From assembly GCF_006345805.1 (NCBI RefSeq), contig NW_021825813.1:1-14212 (forward strand): 14,212 nucleotides of DNA, given 5' to 3'. The translations under genes were made by a program, and so were the position numbers. This stretch comes from Octopus sinensis. Its lineage: Eukaryota. Each line of letters begins with the position of its first letter. The first letter of the stretch is position 1. The notes under the pieces are model-generated. The model did no database searches. It was given only the letters and a program-made list of their open reading frames with translations, and was not told the origin of the DNA. Positions 9,272 to 14,212 of the stretch are shown one piece after another.

Positions 9272-9315
9272 AAACTGCTACTTAGAGTTTCACGTTTCCG
9301 TTCATCGGACAGTTT
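9272..9315 (-). ncRNA. Compact type-I hammerhead fold (U4C core variant)
   Basis: AAACUGU-CCGAUGA-ACG-GAAA-CGU-GAAA-CU-CUA-AG-UA-GCAGUUU: 7-bp stem I, stem II with GNRA loop, 3-bp stem III, GUA cleavage triplet; 3' end ~45 nt from a (TA)n tract. Confidence 0.72.
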
Positions 9316-9441
9316 TAATTGAGAATAGAACAAGAAATTAAGGTTATATTTATAAACATACAATTTACATTAATTTGAAATTGGTTTCATTTCTTTGGTC
9401 CTTTCAACTAATGCTTTTTAAAAAAATAAACGGCGATATAC

Positions 9442-9527
9442 ATGGCGGTGCCCCAGCAAATGGCGGTGCCCCAGCATGGCCACGGCTCATGAGCTGAAAC
9501 TGGAAAAATCAAAAATCAAAATCAATC
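9442..9527 (+). mobile_element. 5'-truncated SINE 3' tail with an 18-bp-period duplication and (AAAATC)n end
   Basis: ATGGCGGTGCCCCAGCA at 9442 and 9460; similar to the reverse complement of the tail at 11975-12020. Confidence 0.72.
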
Positions 9528-10068
9528 ATACATAAAATTAAAATTAAAAGATTCAAAAGTCATATTATGTAAAGCCGAAGAAAACCTTATATTAAAAATT
9601 AACTTTAGTTAGAAGGAAAACATGTATAACCAGAGTAAATTAATTAATGATCCTATAAATTTAATTAAAATAAATGCAAGTTTGTTTATGATAAAATATT
9701 CACTTACAGAGATTTAACAGCATAAAAATATAAATACCCGTTAGTCACATACAAACATATACAAACATTCACTTATACATACACACACTAAAAACATATA
9801 CATACACGTATGCACTAAACATACAAACGTTGGCACAGCATACATACATATATACAGACATATACACAAATACATATATTTATATATATATATTATTATA
9901 TATAATATATATATATATATAATATATATATATATTATATATTATATAGAGGGCACTACTACACATAGATGCCACACGCTAGGAGGGACTTTTAAAGTCA
10001 AAACTACCAAACTAAACAAATTGTACCGAATGTAATCTTCGAAGCGAGTCATTTAAAAACAGAATTTA

Positions 10069-10132
10069 GTTACATATCACCTGTGATTTCGCAATCAATG
10101 CAGTATATGCATTTTATGTTCATCAGTGTAAC
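10069..10132 (-). ncRNA. Type-I hammerhead ribozyme, complete core
   Basis: GUUACA-CUGAUGA-ACAUAAAAUGCA-UAUAC-UGCAUUGAUUGC-GAAA-UCAC-AG-GUGA-UA-UGUAAC: perfect 6-bp stem I, stem II with a 6-bp upper helix, near-palindromic stem III, AUA triplet; predicted cut between 10075 and 10074. Confidence 0.85.
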
Positions 10133-10643
10133 GAACTCAAGATAAATATGAATGAACAAACACAACATACCAGACGAGCAACCGTAGTGTCCATCGCAGC
10201 ATATATGAATGTACATCCCTATATATCTATGTAAATGGCGCGCTTTTCGAATTGCATTTCGGTAACAACGTGCTTACTCGGAACAAAAATTCTGTAATGA
10301 ACTGTTCCGGTGAAAAATATAAATTTAAAAATAGGATAAAATCTTCATAAGAAATTATCAAGTAGTTAGTGTGAAAAAACCTCGTAAGAGAAAAAATTCG
10401 CAAATTTTTTCCACTTAAAATATTTATTTATATGAAGATTTTATCCTATTTTTAAATTTATATTTTTCACCGAACAGTTCAATACTGAATTTTTGTTCCG
10501 AGTAAGCACGTTGTTACCGAAATGCATTCGAAAAGCGCGCCATTTACATAATATATAGGATGTACATTCATATATGCTGGCGATGGACACTACGTTGCTC
10601 GTCTGGTATGTTGTGGTTGTTCATTCATATTTATCTTGAGTTC

Positions 10644-10708
10644 GTTACACTGATGAACATAAAATGCATATACTGCATTGATTGGCAAAATCACAGGTGA
10701 TATGTAAC
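10644..10708 (+). ncRNA. Mutated second copy of the element A hammerhead
   Basis: Same sequence except UUGC-GAAA reads UUGGC-AAAA, removing catalytic G12. Confidence 0.75.
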
Positions 10709-10943
10709 TAAATTCTGTTTTTAATGACTCGCTTCGAAGATTGCATTCGGTACAATTTGTTTATTTTGGTAGTTTTGACTTTAAAAGTCCCTCCTAGCGT
10801 GTGGTATCTATGTGTAATAGTGCCCTTTATATAATATAAATAAATATTTAAGAGTGGAAAAAAATTTGCGAATTTTTCTCTTACGAAGTTTTTTTCACGC
10901 TAACTACTTGATAATTTCTTATGAAGATTTTATCCTATTTTTA

Positions 10944-10985
<42 letters not shown>

Positions 10986-10989
<4 letters not shown>

Positions 10990-11126
10990 GACGGGATTCT
11001 TTCAGTTACCAAATCCATTCACAAGGCTTAGGCGACCCGAGACTATAGTAGAAGACACTTGCCCAAAGTGTCCGCCAGTGGGACTGAACCCGGAACCATG
11101 GTTTTGGTAAGCAAGCTACGTACCAC
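10986..11126 (-). mobile_element. Family-3 SINE head, 5' end clipped
   Basis: Minus strand GTGGTACGTAGCTTGCTTACC..CATGGTTCCGGGTTCAGTCCCACTG..TTTGGGCAAGTGTCTTCTACTATAG; homologous to 5657-5825. Confidence 0.85.
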
Positions 11127-11441
11127 TTAAAACATACATATATAATAGTAACACACATTTATACATGCATACAAATATACAATATACAAATAAACAATAC
11201 GCATATATAATAATATATATTACATATATAATATGTATAAGCATAAACGTACGTATATACATGATATCGTGTATACGCATACAAATATACTTATGTATTA
11301 AACAGTATTTTCCTTTGATGTATTGAATATTAAAAATGAGAAAATAGCGCAATAAATTAATGTGATATAATTTAGTGTAGCATAAATATGAAAATATAAA
11401 TTTAAAATATAAATTTGAAAATGAGTAAAATTTTTTTTAAT

Positions 11442-11535
11442 TTGACCTCGGCGAAATTTAAATCGGAAATTTAGCAACTGGCTAAATATCGCCAAATATT
11501 TTGCTCAGCTCGCTAAAGCTCTGCAACATCACCTT
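11442..11535 (-). mobile_element. Highly decayed family-1 SINE head fragment
   Basis: TTGACCTCGGCGAAATTT is identical to 2208-2225; weaker similarity beyond that. Confidence 0.55.
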
Positions 11536-11967
11536 ACCAGCAATGATAATAATAATGATAAATAAATGCAATGAAAGTAATTAATTAAATAATAAAAATC
11601 ATAAAAATTATAACAAAAAATAAAATAAAATAAATCCATTCGGGTATCTGATATCTTAAGGCAATTTTAGGCAATTGTAGATACACGATATCTTTGAAGC
11701 ACATTTTGGACAGTTGTAAATGGACTTTTAAAGATATGCATTATAAATCAAAGTTGTGAGGTATATTTTGGATTAAATTGCAGTGTAAAAAACAATATCA
11801 TGGCTCAAAAAAGGTGCATTGAGAAGTAGTAGTTATAATAAAACAGTGAAAATAAAATAAAAATAGAAAATAAAATAATAGTTTGTAAATAATCGGTTTT
11901 CTTGAAAGTTATAAAATATAGATGTAAAATGTAAAGACGAAAAATATATATCCAATGGATGTATATA

Positions 11968-12138
11968 TTTTTTTTACTTGTTTCAGTCATTTGACAGCAG
12001 CCATGCTAGAGCACCGCCTTTAGTCGAGCAAATCGATCCAGGAATTATTCTTTGTAACCCTAGTACTTATTCTATCGGTCTCTTTTGCCGAACCGCTAAG
12101 TTACGGTGACGTAAATACAACAGCATCGGTTGTCAAGC
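11968..12138 (-). mobile_element. SINE 3' half (5'-truncated), fused to the mariner relic
   Basis: Minus strand GCTTGACAACCGATGCTG..TAACTTAGCGGTTCGGCAAAAGAGACCGATAGAATAAGTACTAG..GATTTGCTCGACTAAAGGCGGTGCTCTAGCATGGC..GACTGAAACAAGTAAAA with an A-rich end. Confidence 0.8.
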
Positions 12139-12158
12139 ATGTGATCGTTGCATTGACC

Positions 12159-12584
12159 ATGACAGAGAAAATTGCCATGGCGATACCTGCTCAGAGGCCT
12201 ACACAATGTTGCAGAAAGTGTATGGAGAGGAATAAATGAGCCTCGCACAAGTGTACGAGTGGCTGAGACGTTTCCAAGATGGCCGAAACAATGTCGATAT
12301 TGGCGATCGTTGTGGGAGATCCGCAACAAGCAGGACTAAGAAAAGCATCGCAGATGTACCTGCAGCTATGAGGGGAAATCGTCGAATCACCATCCGTGAG
12401 TTATCAGAGGATGTGCAGATTAGTTACGGTTCAGTTCAGCCCATTATCACTGAAGATTTGGATATGAGACGTGTGTCTACCTAGTTTGTGCCAAAATTAG
12501 TTTCAGCTGACCAAATGGGCACTAGGGTTTCAGTTTCACATGATCTCTTTGATTGTGTCAAGAACAATGAAAACTTTTTGGAAA
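12159..12584 (+). pseudogene. Tc1/mariner transposase N-terminal (HTH DNA-binding) relic
   Basis: The frame reads GDTCSEAYTMLQKVYGEE*MSLAQVYEWLRRFQDGRNNVDIGDRCGRSATS..RRITIRELSEDVQISYGSVQPIITEDLDMRRVST*FVPKLVSADQMGTRVSVSHDLFDCVKNNENFL. This matches mariner motifs (xGRP, RRxTxRE, WVP-equivalent FVPK linker). It has two stops and a frameshift and ends before the catalytic DETW motif. Confidence 0.93.
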
Positions 12585-12587
12585 TTC

Positions 12588-12740
12588 TGCGTAGGCCTCT
12601 GAGCAGGTATCGCCAAGGTTTTCTGCGCAACTCTTTGTCATAGTCAATGCGACGATCACACGCTACACACTTGCTTCGAAGCACTTCTGTAACCAGTGGG
12701 AGTGAGCTAGAACGTTAAAACTTAGTGCGCATGCACTAAA
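12588..12740 (-). mobile_element. Inverted duplicate of the mariner 5' UTR and first codons
   Basis: Its reverse complement AGCGTGTGATCGTCGCATTGACTATGAC..TGGCGATACCTGCTCAGAGGCCTAC matches 12136-12202; it ends in the hairpin TTAGTGC-GCAT-GCACTAA (12722-12739). Confidence 0.88.
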
Positions 12741-12773
12741 AACATATATACACACATATATATATACATACAT

Positions 12774-12815
<42 letters not shown>

Positions 12816-12829
12816 TATATATATATTAT

Positions 12830-12863
<34 letters not shown>

Positions 12864-13534
12864 CTACTAATATAGATGAAGTTCTTTACAGAAAAAAATC
12901 CATCAAAAAATGTGGCAGCATATTAAAATACCTTTAAATTATAAACAACTTATAATAAGGGCTAAAGAAAATTATTTCAATACCAATATGCTGATAACAG
13001 GCTTTTAAATCGTCAATTTCCACATATTATTTACTCGCTACAGAAAAAAACACGACGTGCAGAAATCGGGGAAAGCCGGCCGATAGAATTTTTTTTAAAG
13101 TTCGTTATTTCTATAGTGAATCAATTTCAGAATTAATCTCATAATAGATTTTTTTTCCTCTTCAGTAGAACATACGAAAGGATATAAATAAGATACTTAC
13201 ATGCGCCCATGGAAAAAAACCGAAGCAAAAATCATGAGTACATATAAGTACCCCAGATATATCTAAAAATATATCTAAAACGTGTTGACTGTTCTCCACT
13301 ACAGGTTATAGTGGTTACCAGTCCCTATAGCGAGTAGTAATAAGTCTTCTACTAATATAGGATGACGTTCTTTTACAGAAAAAAATTCCTTCAGAAAATG
13401 TGGCAGCATATTAAAATACCTTTACGGTTAAAATTATAAACAACTTATAAATAAGGGCTAAAGAAAATTATTTCAATGCCAATATGCTGATAACAGACTT
13501 TTAAATCGTCAATTTCCACAAATTATTTACTCGC

Positions 13535-13538
<4 letters not shown>
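12864..13538 (-). mobile_element. Retrozyme-like element B: ~1.4 tandem copies of a 485-bp hammerhead-containing unit, embedded in (TA)n
   Basis: Direct repeat 12864-13042 / 13349-13538 (6 substitutions, four 1-bp indels, one 7-bp indel), period 485, (TA)n on both flanks, HHR in the unique middle segment. Confidence 0.83.
13109..13170 (-). ncRNA. Type-I hammerhead ribozyme, complete core
   Basis: UUCUA-CUGAAGA-GGAAAAAAAAUCU-AUUAUG-AGAUUAAUUCU-GAAA-UUG-AUU-CAC-UA-UAGAA: 5-bp stem I, stem II with an internal loop and AAUCU/AGAUU helix, stem III with one U.C mismatch, CUA triplet; predicted cut between 13114 and 13113. Confidence 0.75.
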
Positions 13539-13568
<30 letters not shown>

Positions 13569-13622
13569 CATACGCACACATATACGGTCCTATAACGTCA
13601 CACGCAGGGAACACAAGATATA

Positions 13623-13656
<34 letters not shown>

Positions 13657-13815
13657 CATACATACATACACACACATATATACACACATACATATGTATA
13701 TATACATATATATATATCTATATATATACATATATATATACGCACACACACACAAATATACATACATATATATATATATATATATTATATATACACGTAC
13801 ACACATATGTATGTA
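13539..13815. repeat. (TA)n/(TACA)n/(CA)n compound microsatellite
   Basis: Direct reading. Confidence 0.93.
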
Positions 13816-14152
13816 TGTCTTGAAACATTGAAATTTTATTCTCTCCTGCGTTGCATCATTTGCACAATGTGGAGGTCATACCACCAGCATTGCCCAAACG
13901 ACCTTATCAAATGCAGATTTCATACGTATCCTACACAATTCAAGGTCACAATACATAAATACACTGCGGCACAATTTCTTTTCCTCAACAACCCCGATCT
14001 ATTTAATAATATCCCAAAACAAACCATGTATTTCAAATAATAGAATTCAATTTGAGGAATGATTTGGTTGTTATTTTTAGTAGGTAGAGTGATTCTGATT
14101 GGCAGGGTAGAAGGAAGGGTGATTAGCAGGATGGGGCGATTGAGAGATGGAA

Positions 14153-14177
14153 AGATAGACAGGTAAATAGACAGACC

Positions 14178-14212
<35 letters not shown>
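14153..14212. repeat. (GATA)n microsatellite
   Basis: Direct reading; runs to the window end. Confidence 0.95.

Larger units (their letters stand above)
9940..10946. mobile_element. Retrozyme-like element A: inverted, circularly permuted dimer of a 489-bp hammerhead-containing unit, embedded in (TA)n
   Basis: 9945-10348 is the reverse complement of 10431-10835 (about 9 substitutions plus 8 single-base indels). 10349-10432 recurs inverted at ~10835-10920. TATGAAGATTTTATCCTATTTTTAAAT starts at both 10431 and 10920 (period 489). (TA)n lies on both flanks. Confidence 0.85.

Noticed and set aside
11671-11760. Possible + strand exon after AATTTTAG
   Set aside because: Weak acceptor and stops in all three frames before the donor-like site.
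12864-13538. TRIM/LTR or Helitron interpretation of the X-Y-X element
   Set aside because: No TG..CA pair of termini, no PBS/PPT, no TC..CTRR ends; the embedded hammerhead and 485-bp period fit a circle-derived copy better, though this is not formally excluded.
13534-14040. 158-aa ORF and its antisense partner
   Set aside because: The first two thirds is (TA)/(CA) repeat; the remainder has no recognisable motif or good splice signals.

Overview
AT-rich, microsatellite-dense eukaryotic DNA. The SINE families look like the very abundant octopus/cephalopod ones (recognised from memory, no search run). It is probably intronic: one convincing 63-bp + strand exon at 6269-6331, and otherwise tRNA-derived SINEs (almost all on the - strand), a rearranged mariner transposase relic and simple repeats. 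Nearly all ORFs in the track are microsatellite artefacts. The main finding is a set of non-coding elements embedded in or abutting (TA)n tracts that carry type-I hammerhead ribozyme (HHR) folds. Two unrelated ~485-490 bp units look like copies of circular templates: 9940-10946 is an inverted, circularly permuted dimer and 12864-13538 is about 1.4 tandem units. Each unit contains a 62-64 nt HHR with a complete catalytic core. Smaller variant or degenerate HHRs sit in several fold-back elements. This suggests a cephalopod retrozyme/Penelope-like system that targets (TA)n. The best-preserved HHRs are all antisense to the putative host gene, while the sense-strand copies are damaged. All folds and alignments were made by eye; activity is untested.
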